Assembly: GCA_009103225.1 (NCBI GenBank)
Contig: RHPI01003488.1
Coordinates: 325,448-389,447 of the forward strand
Source: Chlorokybus atmophyticus
Taxonomy: Eukaryota > Plantae > Mesostigma and Chlorokybus algae
Length of the DNA stretch: 64,000 nt
Direction of reading: 5' to 3'
Below the pieces are notes generated by a model. It had not been told where the DNA came from. It worked only from the letters and a program-made list of their open reading frames with translations, and did not search any database. Made by a program: the position numbers and the translations under genes. Of the stretch, positions 12,965-25,899 are shown piece by piece. How positions within the stretch are numbered: the first letter of the stretch is position 1; each line of letters starts with the position of its first letter.

Positions 12965-14536
12965 TCAAGAAACTTGAATGCCTCTAAGCCGCGACTCCAC
13001 CTCATTGGGATCCGCCACAAAATGGCTATTGCTCGCGACAGACAAACTTGACACCTCCTCTTCAGCCGCTTGGGATGGAGCAGGACCTAACTCGGACGTG
13101 TACTGTAAACTGGACACGTGCTTGGCAGGTTGATTATGCTCGTGAGACGTGTTGCTATTTGCGTGGTTGTTGCAGATGAAAGTAGAGTGGCACGCGGGGC
13201 AAGTTGTCGTGGTGGAGACGGAAGCCAGTGAGGCCGTGTCGTCATCGTCTTGGCAGGCAAGCATGTCACGAAGCATGATGAGGACGTGCTGCGCGGCGCT
13301 CTTCTGCGCGTGCTTCAGCTTGTGCATCTCTTCTCCCTTGCAGAGGTGGGTGCTATTTATCAGCGCCGAGCAGCGATATCGGTGCAAGTGGGCCGCGCCA
13401 ACCTCCTCGTCTGCGAATGATATCAACCACACCGCCTCGGGCTCCTTGTGCATATCCATCTCGTCGTCCTCGCTGTTGTACCCGCGCGGGTCCTTGCGCG
13501 TGAGCGCGTACTTCTGCAACTTGTGCAAAGCTTTGAAGCTGGCCACATGCTCAGCCTCCTGCAGCATAAGAACACTTATGTGTGTGAACAATCGTTCCCT
13601 GCAACTAGTTACAAGTTCCGTTATCTGTACAGCTGTGTCGACGTGCACCTTTTTTGTTGCTGCGGACTCCCGTGCGGTTGTACGCAAGCCATCGAGGTAG
13701 AGTGTAACAGTGTGCGTGGGAGTGTGTGACGGACCACTCTGTTCACTCTGCAAAGATAAGTTGGAGTGGAGACAGCTCTTTCTATGCACATACTGACAGT
13801 GTCGTTAAGCATGCAATCCACCCAAATGGGGAGGACGTGGTGGTGTGGTGGTGGTGGTCGTGGGTGGGTGGGTGGTGTGGGTGTGTGTGGNCCTGCTTGC
13901 CATCTGGGCTGCTGGCATCGCGCAGAGCAATGAGGGATGGGATGGAGCCCTTTATTGCCAGGTTGATCTGCAGCTCCTTGCGCGTGTGCACGAGAGCGGC
14001 TTCAAGCTGCTTCACTCTGTCGGATGCAACGCGAGTTTCACGGGGGGGCCACATGCATAATACATGTTGCCAGCCAAGGTTGCCCAAAACCGCTGTTCGA
14101 CAAAGTTACGCACGCACTTTTTGATGCCGTCTACACGCTGTGCTTACTAAGCATGCAAGATGGGTTGGTAATCTAGCGAAAGAACTACTGAACTGCTTCG
14201 TTCTGCAACGTTCTTCCGGTGGCTAGGCTGACCATTAAGTGTTCACAAGCCAGCATTGCAAGCACTCGAAATGCAGCCAGCTGCCCTTACGTCAAACACT
14301 TGCACTCTTCCCAGCTGACTGCATGGTGTGGAATTGGCCAATTTGGGTGCAAGCATTGCTGCGGGGTGCTTGCATGTAGGGTGAGAACAGCTTGAACCAG
14401 CCACACAAGCAGTGCAGAAGTGAATACAAGCGCCAATATGGCAGCGTCCAACCCTGCTCCTTACCTTGAATTCAATCTCCACGCCGGCCTGTTGCGCCAG
14501 CTGGCGCAGCGCAGCGGCTGGCGTCAGCGGCCTCAT
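12965..14536 (-). CDS. Double-stranded RNA-binding (dsRBD/DRB-like) protein, paralogue A, 2 dsRBDs
   Basis: Exons 14536-14465, 13747-13649 and 13558-12965 join in phase 0 to give MRPLTPAAALRQLAQQAGVEIEFK|SEQSGPSHTPTHTVTLYLDGLRTTARESAATKK|EAEHVASFKALHKL, a dsRBD pattern. A second, degenerate domain reads RYRCSALINSTHLCKGEEMHKLKHAQKSAAQHVL. The 3' end is uncertain. Confidence 0.78.
13892..14041. repeat. Exact 150-bp copy of 23524-23673 (part of an ARM-gene exon), next to an N
   Basis: cctgcttgccatctggg...cgcgagtttcac is identical at both places; there is an N at 13891. Confidence 0.95.
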
Positions 14537-15193
14537 GCTTATCAAAGCAAAGCACACTAGCTGCGGCACCTGCTGCTCTCCCCTCTGCCACCCTGGCCTG
14601 CCCGGAGCAGGCCTGACCGCACCCCACCCCACCCCACCCCACCCCACCAGAGCACACCAGACCACCAATGTAACCGCACCAGGCTATACACCCCCAAAGG
14701 CCACGTGCAAGTGGTCTCCAAACTCCAGCCTACACTACCCCAGCCCCAAGCAAACACTGCCTCACCACGCTGACGCCCCTCACCCTCCTTACCTCCAGCG
14801 AGCGGCGGCGGCGGCGGCGGCGGTGTCGCTTGCCACCCACTTTCGCACACTGCCATCAGATGCGCCACATGCTGCGTGGATGTCACGAGTTGATTGGAGG
14901 GGGCCAAAAATCAACCAAAAATTACAGGGCGAAACTACGCCACAATTGGGGAGGTTTACAGCAGAATGCAATTGGTAGGAAGCCAAGCAACAAGTGTGGT
15001 TGAGCTTCAGTGACATGACAAAGGGGGAAACCTTAGGCCTACAAGCTGGGCGTACAATTTACGCTTCCTGCGTGGCGCAGTGTTGTCTTTGTTGTTGTGG
15101 CTGGTCACGTTACGGCGGCGGCGGTGGTGGGCAAGGCCGTGGGCAATTCGGCGTTGCAGCAAGCCTTGAAAAGCTGCATTGTGAAGCAGCACC

Positions 15194-17401
15194 ATGATCA
15201 CGTCGTCCACCTGGCTAACCCCGGCGCAGGCCGTGCGCCAGCTGGCTCAGCAGGCAGGCGCAGCTGTGGAGTTTCGCACGGTGAGGCGGATTTGTTCAAC
15301 CTGCGCTTGCAAGTCATGTCTTGTTTTGTTTGCGCAATCATGTTGGATCGTTTAGGTGGTGCATGTATTTGCAACATTACAAGCCGTCAAGCGGTTAGTC
15401 GCCAGACTTGCCTGTCAAATAGCATGTCACGTCACAGTCGGAGCGGTTCCTTAGCCTAGCCTGCATTGCCGCTACTTGAGCTGCATGTAGTAGGGCTTGC
15501 ATGTATGCAGTGCATGCAGCACAGGCAGGTACTTGTTCTCAACCAGCATGCACAGCATGCCTGAGCATACCGTCATACATTATCGCTGTTGTACAGACAC
15601 TAGCTGTGCATGGTGAAAGCTGGTATGTCCTGTCCTGTGTTGACTGCAATTGACAACGGCATGCACAGTCTTGCCATAGTCATGCTACCATGCTTACAGC
15701 TTACGATATGTTATTGACTTGGCCCAGTGTAGCGTGAGTGGCCCGTCGCACTGCCCGAGTTACAAGGTGGAGCTCGTTATTGACAACGAGCCTGCATACA
15801 ACAGCTCTGCGCGCAGCTTGAAGGTGAATTCTTGTTGTTGTGTTCATGCTGGCGCTCCTAAAGTGCATGCCAGGTGTGGTTGTGCTTTGCTAGCGCAGAA
15901 GTCCTCGCGTTGATTAGTTCTAGAAGACAAGCAGGACAGTGACAGGAGCCACTTCAGTACACACCCAGTTCAGTTAACTCATGTACTTGAACCACCAAGT
16001 CATTCTGCATGCACAAACTCGAGGTCATTGCAGCAGGTCTATAACCGGTTCAACATGCTTGGAGCAGTTAGTTAATGGTAGGGCTGGTTGCTATGACGAA
16101 TGTTGGACAAGTCCAGCAGTTGGTTCGCACCATCTTCTTGAGCCCCACATCCTCATGCGCAGACGGCTGTATGCAGCTGGCTCACCATGCGGTGTCCGAG
16201 TCTGCGCTGATGCAGCTGCTTGCGAAAGCCTCACAAAAGGATGCTTTGGATGCAAATAACGAGGAGCCACCGCACGCGTGGCAGCTGGACTATGTGGAGA
16301 AATTTGCTGACAGGCCTGCGCGTGCGAGCAGTTTTTGCATGCAGCTGTTGCTGAACCGGTAAGTTGTTGGATTGGGTGACTCGCGTATACTGTGCGAGTA
16401 TCTTGTTATTGTATCGCTTGCTTTGCAGGAAGCCTATTTGCAATGCGTTGGCCTTCAGCAAGAAAGAAGCGCAGCGCAAGGCAGCAAGCATGGCTTGCGC
16501 ACTGCTACGTGAGACCAACCAGACACAACACGTGGCAAACAAACATGCCGATGGCCCCGCTGCTGCAACAGCGCCCCAACATGTTGCGACACCTACACCC
16601 ACACCAACAGCACCAACAAGTCGGGCGGAACACCACATGCAGCAGCCAGCATCAACGTCAGAAAGAGAGGAGCACACATCCAGACCAGAGCAAACTGCTG
16701 TAAACACCGCCTCCTTGGATTCCATTTTGCGCCCAGCAGCTGCCTCGCACACATTGTGCAACCACCCCCAAGCCAACGGGACACAAGAGCAATTGCCAAC
16801 AACAGCGAAGACACAGGCGGAATTAGTTGAGCCCGCCTCAGCAGCTGAGCACGCATCTCAAACTGATGACAAGGCGGATGCAGCGCAAGGGATGGTTGAC
16901 GAGCTGTTGCCACCAGTGAAGACTGCAGTGACGGACATAGTTGAGCCGGACGCATCAGCTGAGAAGCCAACACCACATATTGATGAAAAGGCAAATGGAG
17001 CCAAAGAATCAGTTGACGAGCTTTTGCCACCAGCGACGATGACGGGATTAGGTGAGCCGGACATTGCAGCTGAGAAGCACACAATACATAGTCACGAACA
17101 GGTGAATGGCGCTACGGAGGTGGTTGAGCCTGACGTGAAGAGAGCGAGGAGAAGTGACTGGGAGCAGTTGTTGTGTCTGCTTGAAGGGAGGGGCGAGGCG
17201 TCGCTGGCGCGGCAGGAAGAAGAGGAGAGCCAGGAGGGATGGTTTTGTTTTGCTGTGTGCATCAATGGCGTGCCATTCACTGAGGGACACGCGAGGACGG
17301 AAGCTGAAGCGAAGGAGGCAGCCATCAATAATGCTATGAACCGCGCAGAATTTGAAGCTACTCAGTTGAAAGGGCGCCGGCCATCACCTACCACAAGATG
17401 A
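15194..17401 (+). CDS. Double-stranded RNA-binding (dsRBD/DRB-like) protein, paralogue B, 2-3 dsRBDs
   Basis: Exons 15194-15280, 15728-15823, 16177-16358 and 16429-17401 splice in frame: WLTPAQAVRQLAQQAGAAVEFRT|CSVSGPSHCPSYKVELVIDNEPAYNSSARSLK|LAHHAVSESALMQLL. Second domain ends AFSKKEAQRKAASMACALL. Tentative third domain FCFAVCINGVPFTEGHARTEAEAKEAAINNA. Confidence 0.82.
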
Positions 17402-18236
17402 TAGACGCTCACATGGGAAGCGCACTGGCAGAACAGTTGGTGCATGTTTGCGTGTTGCGTTTGCTATGCATGACTTGCCCTGTTTGATGGCTGGCCCAGT
17501 CAATTGGCTTACGTGGTGCCTGCTCTATGCACTCAAGGTTGTCATCTTTCATCTTTGCTTGCATCAAATCTTATGAAGACACAGTGGCTGCAGTAGTGGT
17601 AATGCATGTATGCCTTACCAGGCAGCTTTGAACCACAGCCAATGCCCAATGGCATCGTCCTGTTTAATTGCTCACGAAGTGCCTGGCTGCAGTGTGCCGG
17701 CAGAACGTCATGCTGAATAGGTTCGGTAGAAAATATGCAATGTGATGCATGTGACTGTGCAGACGCATGCAATCCATAGCACACATGCACACGCAATGCA
17801 CGCGGCAACATTCACTATCAAGGTTTAATTAACCACCGGGCTATACACAGTCAGCAGCTAACTCACTACCTAGCTTCACTACTGCCCTGACCCCCGTTAG
17901 ACCAGCATGCACGCACCTAGTCACCTGCACCACGGCCGCTGGGTAAGTCTGGGAACCCGGCTGGGGTTTCAACAACTCCAAAGCCTATATATAACTGTGC
18001 TCGCAGTGACAATTGAAGCAGTCCGACCATGTTGCTGACATTGAACTCGTTTGCAACAGTGCAGACCAGTGGTTAGCGAGTCCAGGGTAGTTGTAACTGG
18101 CACAAGAGTGTCTTTACGCGTCATCACAATCATGCACACACTTGCCCGTTCCACACTGCTACCTACACCTGGATACATGCATATGCGTGTGCAAGATTGT
18201 GATACCAGCAAGTTGCATGCGCTTGGTACTCAATGG

Positions 18237-21200
18237 TTACTCTTCTGCGCCGCCTTTTTCATCAGGCTCAGATGGTGCTGGTTCCTGCAGCTGTAAGTGC
18301 TGCATGCCTTCAACCACGGCATCGTCCTCAGCTTCGCGAGCAGAACCGTCTTGCACATGCGCGCTTAGCCTACGCAGCACCTCGTTGCGCTCCTCTTGCA
18401 ATGAAACCATGTCGGCACGCGCGCGAGCAGCGACCTCAGCGGCCGCGGCCTTTGCCTGGTTCGCCAGCATCACCTCCTGCTTCAGCGCTTCAACCTCCGC
18501 TTGCAGAGCGCCAACGCGTTGATCGTGATCATGCAAGTCGCTCGTCTGTGCGCGTTCCTGGCGTGCTTCGGTAAGCAAGGCTTCGTAGTGCGCGGCTTGC
18601 TTCTCCAGCTGCTCGGCTGCGTGATGCTCCGCGCTCTTGACAGCGGCTTCCTGCGCGGCCTGCGCGGACTCAGCCATCTCCACAGCTTGAGCCATCGCCC
18701 TCGAGGCCGTTTTCTCTCTCTCCTCCAACATTCGCACCGCACCGTCCCGGTTGCGCCGCAGCTCTTCCGCCTCGGCATGCAGGGACTGGAACTCCTCCAT
18801 CACGCGCCTGTAGTCGCTGTGCGATGGCCTGTCCTTCAAGCTTCGCATAAGCTTCTGCGCTTCCTGAAGTTGCTCTTGCAGCGTTTGCACTTCAATTTCC
18901 AGCTTCTGCATAGCGCACAATGAGGTTTCAACCTTGCAGATGTCTAAGCTGCCACATGCATGCATCCCGACACCGTCAGTTTGGATTTGGTCGATCCCAC
19001 TTCCGACTTTTACAATTTCAAGCCTTAGCAAAACAGCACCACACCCATGCATTCCTGTAAACTTCTCCATTGGCATGCCAGGTTTTGCACGTCTACAATT
19101 GTATGCAACCTGGCACTGGAAGCTCTTGACGCCTGCTGGATAACAATCATGTGTTCAATGATGCGCACTCCCACCTTCCTAGCAGACTGGGAGGATGCCA
19201 GCTCCTCTTTGATGGCGGCGACGGTGGCTCTGAGCGTAGCAGCTTCTGCGCGTGCCAGATCGGCAGCGCCAGCCGCCTCTCCGCGCTGGCGCTCGAGGTC
19301 CCGGCACACGCGGGCCGCTTTGTCCGCCGCCGTGGCCGCCTGCGAAGCTGCTGCTTGCGCCATGGCCGCGTCCTCACGGGCTTGCTGAAGCTCCTGCTGC
19401 AGCTGCTGCACATCCTGCTCGACAAGTACCATCACATGAGCAAACGAAGATGCGCGCACTGTCATGAGAACCAGTTGATATATACGTCACCAAGCAAACA
19501 AGTGTACAAACTGTCTAAAGGCACAAGTAGATGTAGGCAGTAGATGTTAGCCCGGTGGTCACTACTTGGTGAGGTGCATGATAGTGTGCATGCGATGCTG
19601 GAGTGGTGTGCATGTTGCATGGTGTGTGCACAACAGCAAGTCATATATCATGTTCACTCATAGTATTTGATGGCACTCTCAACGTGCTGTCACGCGCACC
19701 GCGTCTCAGTGGAAACTAACTACAAACTTAAGCATTGAGACAGATTGAAGCGAGCACAAACGTCTCAAACCACACTGTTCGCACGCAAGCAGTCCTTACC
19801 GCAGTAGCTGATGGGGAAGGGTCTTCGCGCACAGGTGTTGGCGGGCCAGGGGTTCGGGTCCGCCGCTGTGAGTCACTCGGCTTGGGCGAGAGCGTAGGGA
19901 CTGCCATGATTGCGCTTTCAGGAATATGTGGCCGCCTCTGCTCGCCGGACAACGCTCGCATGGAGGCTTCGTGAGTCCTCAAGGCTTGCACCACTTGTCT
20001 GCATGGATTATGTTTGAGGTTCTGATTATGGGTTACTAAGCATGAAGGACTGCATTGATTGCATCGTACTTGATTGCTGCAACCCAAGCTTGCGCTGTGG
20101 CAGGCGTGTCTGCTGCCAAGAAATGCTCCTTCTTGCCACCACCAATGCTCACATCTGTCCATATGACGTTCAAGATTCAAACATCCTGACTTGAACGCAA
20201 GCATCAAGATGACCAGAAATCACAGCAGACAGTTTGTTGCTTACATATGCAGCAGTTATCGTACTCGGGCGCTCCACTGCGAAGGCGCAATCAAGGACCA
20301 TTGTGAGGGTCATAAAAACGCAGTATCCCAGCCCAGGGCTGATCTGACTGGAGAACAATTGCATTGCCATGCTTACTGGAAATTTACGGGTGAGATTGTG
20401 GCGCCGGTCAGCCCGTCCAACAGTACGTGTCCACGTGGTGTCGGGTCGATTTTGTTTACTCTGTGAAGTCCTCGTGCTTAGAACTTGCACTCAGTGCATA
20501 AAGCTTATACTGTGACTTGCCAAACAGCATATTCTCTGTATGTGCACTGCATGAGCTGCTACCAAGCAATGCTCGAGTAAGTCACTAATGACCACAGCAT
20601 GCTACATTACAGCACTTAGTATTTTCTATGTGATTGCTATACGCGCACAAGTGCCACTTGTCTCTCAGCTTGCTAAGCTGACATGCACGCTGTTTCAAGG
20701 TTCACAATTACCTGTACTCAATGTGGCCTTTGGACAAGTCCAGATTGCACCAGCGCCTGTTCCATCTGCGCAGCTGCGCCAAGTCCAAACACGCATTGTG
20801 AAGGAAACCTGATGGGGCGCCAAGAGGAGTGTTTCAACAACCCTAGCCTTCCAGCCCACCAACTCACCGTATCCGAGCGTTTGAGCAAGTAGCCGGCCAT
20901 GTTCAGGTCAGACTCAACGCCTGAAGCCTGCTGCATTGGAACAAACAAAAACATAGACAGTGCTGAATGACTGTTGACTTGCAGTGCATGCAAGCAAGCA
21001 GCCTGATCAACAGAAACAGCAGACCAAAGAACCGAGGCCAGTCAAACAGGCATTGGGATGACCCAATGCAGGCTGCAATGAACAACCGAACTGACAATGC
21101 TGCAGCGCGGTCAGGGCAATCAACGGCACTGCTTCATGTAAAACGACAGCTGGCGCAGGCAAAGGTTAGGTAGCAAAGCAGCATACGCTTCACAGCAGCA

Positions 21201-21374
21201 AGCACCGTATGCTTGCAGTTGCAGCACGATTTGGTGACTCGCCAACACAACCAAATCACGACAACACAACCCCGCGTTTACCGGCCCAGACGCTGCAGCC
21301 ACGATCCTGCCCAGCCCACCAGCGCTGCCGTTGGCGGGCCTGCCGCCACCGCCGCCCGCCACCGCCGCCGCCAT
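18237..21374 (-). CDS. SWAP70: Plant SWAP70-like PH-domain and coiled-coil protein
   Basis: Spliced exons give GYLLKRSDT|LRRWNRRWCNLDLSKGHIEYR, PTPRGHVLLDGLTGATISPVNF and KKEHFLAADTPATAQAWVAAIK, then long heptad-rich exons. This matches my recollection of the plant SWAP70-type PH protein (LFKRSETLRKWNERW, ISPVNF, YFLCAETP). The first exon is inferred. Confidence 0.8.
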
Positions 21375-22301
21375 GATGATGGCGGGACACACTGCTGCTG
21401 CTGCGACGCTTAGGGTTGGCTGAGCCAACTTGGCTCTGCCTGGTTGTTGGCCACTGGCATTGAATGGAATGAAGCAGTGGCATTTGTACACTTGTAGCGC
21501 AGAACGCCGCAGTGCAGTAGGGTGTACCTGGGTGTACGGCAAAACCAGTGATGGCGTGACGGTATGAGACTGGACGCCGTGTGCTTTTGTGTTGAGAGCT
21601 AAGCTGTTGCTGTCTGCTTCTTCATAAAGCAGCAGTAGTACAGCGGTAGTATACAACGTATCAGCTTGCTTGCCACAGACTATGTGCTACAGTAGATGAC
21701 TGTGCTCAAAATGACACTGCAATTGGCACCCCCTGGTTCGAGCTGCACAGTATTGTGTGTTTCCTCCTTGCATTGGCTGAACTGTGACCATGTCTGAGTG
21801 CAACCGCAAGCACACGCGCATGCAGTCTTGTGCCGCATAGGCTACCGCAGCTGCGTAGCGAGCATGGTTTGTCATGTGTACAGGGGTTCCTGCCATTGCT
21901 GTGCCACAATCCCCCAAAGTATCCAATGAGGTTGTGTGGCAGCAAGCACAAGTTAGTAACTTGACACCTGACAACAACACTCAAAAGCACCACTGCACTC
22001 CATGTCAGCTCATGGGTGTGCACATGTGTCACAACGTCAGCCAGCGCATGCGCCATGATAGGTTACCCAAGTGTAGGCAGTCATGAGGTCAATACAGCAA
22101 GCAGTGGTGACCTCATTGTGAGCGAAGGCTCACGCATGACCATTCATGAAGAACACACTCTATGAGCTATAGTCGTATATGTACAAATAGTGCACCAGCA
22201 ATAATACACAGTATCAGAGAGTACGTATGCTGAGCGTTCTTGCTAACTGAGCCTAGCCAAAAAACTGCGTATATTGAGATTACTGCGCATTTAATCTGCA
22301 C

Positions 22302-25010
22302 TCATGCAGCTACACCCAAGTTTTTCAGTGCAGCTGATGCAGCATGGGCCCCGGCTCCGTGCCCGGTGCGCCTGAGCATGCGCAGGGGCTGCACGGCTCC
22401 GGCATCAAAAATAGTGAACTGTGACACAACATAAAAATTAGCGACTGTGGTCAGACACGCAAGATGTGAGCAGAAGAGCAACAAGTTGTACCTGGTTCTC
22501 AACGTTCATGTGTGCAAGGTTCTGCAACGCCTCGGCTGCGGCAGTCTTGCCGCCATCTGTGCCGTTCTTGAGCAGAGTCACCAGCGCTGGGATGGCTCCT
22601 TGCTTTGATATCATGACCTGTGTGCACACGGGTAGTAAGGGCACGATGGTATACGCACTAGTGCTGGGAGCATTACCCTGTTATCAGCGTTGGCATGTGC
22701 AAGGTTTTTGAGGGCACCCGCTGCGGCCTCCTTGCCGGCATCCGTGCCAAACTCCAGCAGGTTCACCAAAGGACAGATTGCACCCGTTTCAGCTATCTTG
22801 ACCTGCTCACAAGGACATATGCTGTAGCGGGTGCTGGCTAACCTGTTATAAGCCCACAATAGCACACAACATTTCTGTACCCGATTGTGTGCGTTTGCTG
22901 CCAGGTTGCGCAGTGCGCCAGCTGCTGCCTCTTGACCTCGCACTGTGCCTTTGGCCAGCAGGACAACGAGGGCAGGAATGGCTCCCAACGCAGCAATGCT
23001 TATCTGCACAGGACGTATACGAGGTTGAACAATCATGACGACACAACACTATACAGTTGTGCTTGAACAGCACCTTGTTGTTGTCATTCTGAAAAGCCAG
23101 ATTCTGGATGGCGCCAGCTGCAGCCTCTTTGCATGCATCAGTGCCACCCTCCATAAGCTGGATGAGCGGAGGGATGGCGCCAAGGTTCGCTATGGTAACC
23201 TGCCGATCAAGAGCAGGACAGTTGACAATGCCACGACATTCGCGCACGCTGCAACCATCGATCTCACCTTGTTCTCTGCATTCATGTATGCGAGGTACCC
23301 GAGCGCGGCAGCAGCTTGCGCTTTGCCTCTATCTCGCCTTGCTTTCAAGATCTCAATGAGCTGCGGGATGGCGCCTTGCGTGGCCATCATAATCTGTACA
23401 AGAGGGTGTCAAACCTTTTGGGTAGGCACAAGCATCAAAGTGCATCAAAGTCAAAAGACTGATGTTGTCTCACCCCTGTATCGTCGTTGACTGCAGCGAG
23501 GTTGCGCAGCAGCTGAGAGGCAACCTGCTTGCCATCTGGGCTGCTGGCATCGCGCAGAGCAATGAGGGATGGGATGGAGCCCTTTATTGCCAGGTTGATC
23601 TGCAGCTCCTTGCGCGTGTGCACGAGAGCGGCTTCAAGCTGCTTCACTCTGTCGGATGCAACGCGAGTTTCACCCTCAAACATGTTGCTGCGGTTGCGGC
23701 CTTGCGAAACCTCAGCACGTGCACAAGCAAGCTGCACGCCGCAACAGCCATCGCCATCAGTGCAACAGTCATGAAAGACAACCGTCATTGCACAACCAAG
23801 TGCATTTGCACAACCATGTGCATGGTGGCATATCTTGCTCTCACCTGTGCTTCAAGCTGCTGTATCTCTGCTTGCAGTCTACTGCACTCATCTGCTTTTT
23901 CCTGCAATGGCAACAGCATAGTGGTTGGCAGGTATTTGCAGGGAACGCTTGTCAGGCTTGCAGCGCACTGGTTACAAACGCACCTGAAGTGCTTGTTGAT
24001 TGGCTTCCTTTTCGGCTTCAACTTCCGATAGCCAAACTCGAATGCGCTCGGACTCATCCTGAGGACATTACTCTAACATAAGCAGCCAATATCGCTGATT
24101 TGTAGCAGTCATTCTTGAACAGAAAGCTTGTTTACCTCCATGGCCTGCTGGATGCCTTGCATCTCACACGTGAGAGTGCGCACAGTGGCTTCCGCTGCGT
24201 TGGCAACACTCTGGTTGTCTTCTTGCGCCTGCCGAAGCGCTTTCTCTGCTGCTGTGCACTGCACCCTCAGCATGTCCACAGTTGCAGCCAGCTCTTGCGG
24301 GTTGCCGTACTTGGCCACAGCTTGCGCGGTACCCTGCACACTACTGGTCAGCCATGTTGCCTGCCACACAACATCCGCAAAGCACAGCAGACCGCACACA
24401 CACAGAGCATACTCTTGCTGTGAATATACTCACCTCCATTGCCTGAAGCCGTGCTTGCTCCATCTCATAGTGTTTGACCTGCATTTTAACTGTGTAAGAC
24501 ACTTGCCACAAACCAAGATGTCAGCAGTCAAATGGCTGGCTGACTTACCAGTAGAAGCTTGCTCCGGATGTAATTCAGCTCAGCTTCAACCTCATCAACT
24601 GCATCATCCTGCGCACGAAGCATTAGGGTTGTTGAGAATGCTGCGGCAATGCCACCCTGCCTTCGGAACAACAAGGCTACTGCTTACACCAAGCTTCTGC
24701 TTCAGGTCCTGGATTTCCTGCTTGTTGGCCACTGGGCGAGTAGCCTTACGCGGCTTGAGGTTGGTTCCTGCAAGAAAGTGGGTAACTGCCAGTTGTTGAC
24801 CAGTGCCACTGGACCAAACCAGAATATACAACACTTGTTCAAGGCAGCCTTACTCTCAGCCTTACTGTCGGACAAGGGCTTCCCGCCGCTGTAGGGTAAG
24901 CCAGTAGGCTTCTCCCGCACGGGCTTCAGTGGCGAGGCGCTCATGATGCTGTTCTCCTTGTCGCGAAAAGGAAGTGACTTCATGGGCCCGTGGGGGTGAA
25001 AAGAAGTCAT
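22302..25010 (-). CDS. Coiled-coil plus 7 armadillo (ARM) repeat protein
   Basis: Repeats of 41-42 aa with consensus I...GAIP.L..LL..GT...KE.AA.AL.NLA..N..N; coiled-coil exons lie upstream. The start (MTSFHPHG, 25010) is tentative and a GC-rich exon at about 25215-25466 may belong to this gene. Confidence 0.85.
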
Positions 25011-25899
25011 GTTGATAGCAACAACACCGCTGTGAATGAGTAGCACAAGTGTCAACAAGGCGCCTTAGGGAAGAGACACAGTGAGAGGGTCAACACAAGC
25101 ACATTGCGTAGCTACATGCCAGCAAGACATGACATGCGCTGCTAGCAACGAACAATACAGCAATGACGAAGGGTTCCATCACATCGTAACCAATAAGCGC
25201 ATCAATGCCAGTGCCTACAGCTGCTCAGCTGGCTCCGCCTTTGCCGCTGCTGCCTCCTGCTGCTGCGCCGCCGCTGCCTTTTGAGCGCGAACGACCCGCG
25301 CGCGGCAACCGAGGCAGCTGCACCGGCTGTGCTGTGGCACCGCCGTGGTGACTGACCACAACCTGACCAAGGCCACCGCCCACGCCGACGCCGTCGCCGC
25401 TGCCGCCGCCCCCGTCACCGCCGCCGCCACAACCACAGCCCCAACACTGCCAAAACCGCAACCCAAACAACATGACCAGTCTGAAGTTTGAATTTCGAAT
25501 CATTTTTCTTGTATTTCTGACAATTCCTTTTTTCAACCGGGCTTGTAAGTGACGCGCACTGTGGCTCAGAGTAGACTGGCCGCGGCGGGGCACCGAGCCG
25601 GCGGTTGGCTAAAAGCCCGCGAACTCCCCGTGTCGTGTTCTGGAAAATAGCGTAACTGGGCATCATGTTACGTGTACTGGAGTAATCTCGGGAAGACGAC
25701 GTGACGCGGGACTAATTTGTTTTGTCTGGACTTCAACGGGCGTTAAGGGGATCGGCTCGCCAGTGGCAAGTTGCCACGCACACACTGATCAGCAGCTGTG
25801 TCTGTTGCTTACATCAACAGAGGATACCAGGTTACTGCCTATGTACTTTTCAGATTTAGCAGCCCACCATGGCACTTGATGAAAGGCATAACAAACATA

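Noticed and set aside
12965-13789. The 274-aa ORF as a single-exon protein
   Set aside because: It reads through a 90-nt in-frame intron (13648-13559); removing it restores the dsRBD spacing.
21130-21173. Plus-strand VKRQLAQAK, similar to the N-terminus of plant SWAP70
   Set aside because: Wrong strand relative to the PH exons; treated as coincidence.
22302-23530. Regularly spaced similar units suggesting a CRISPR-like array
   Set aside because: They are protein-coding ARM exons with spliceosomal introns, have no identical DNA repeats, and lie in a eukaryotic context.
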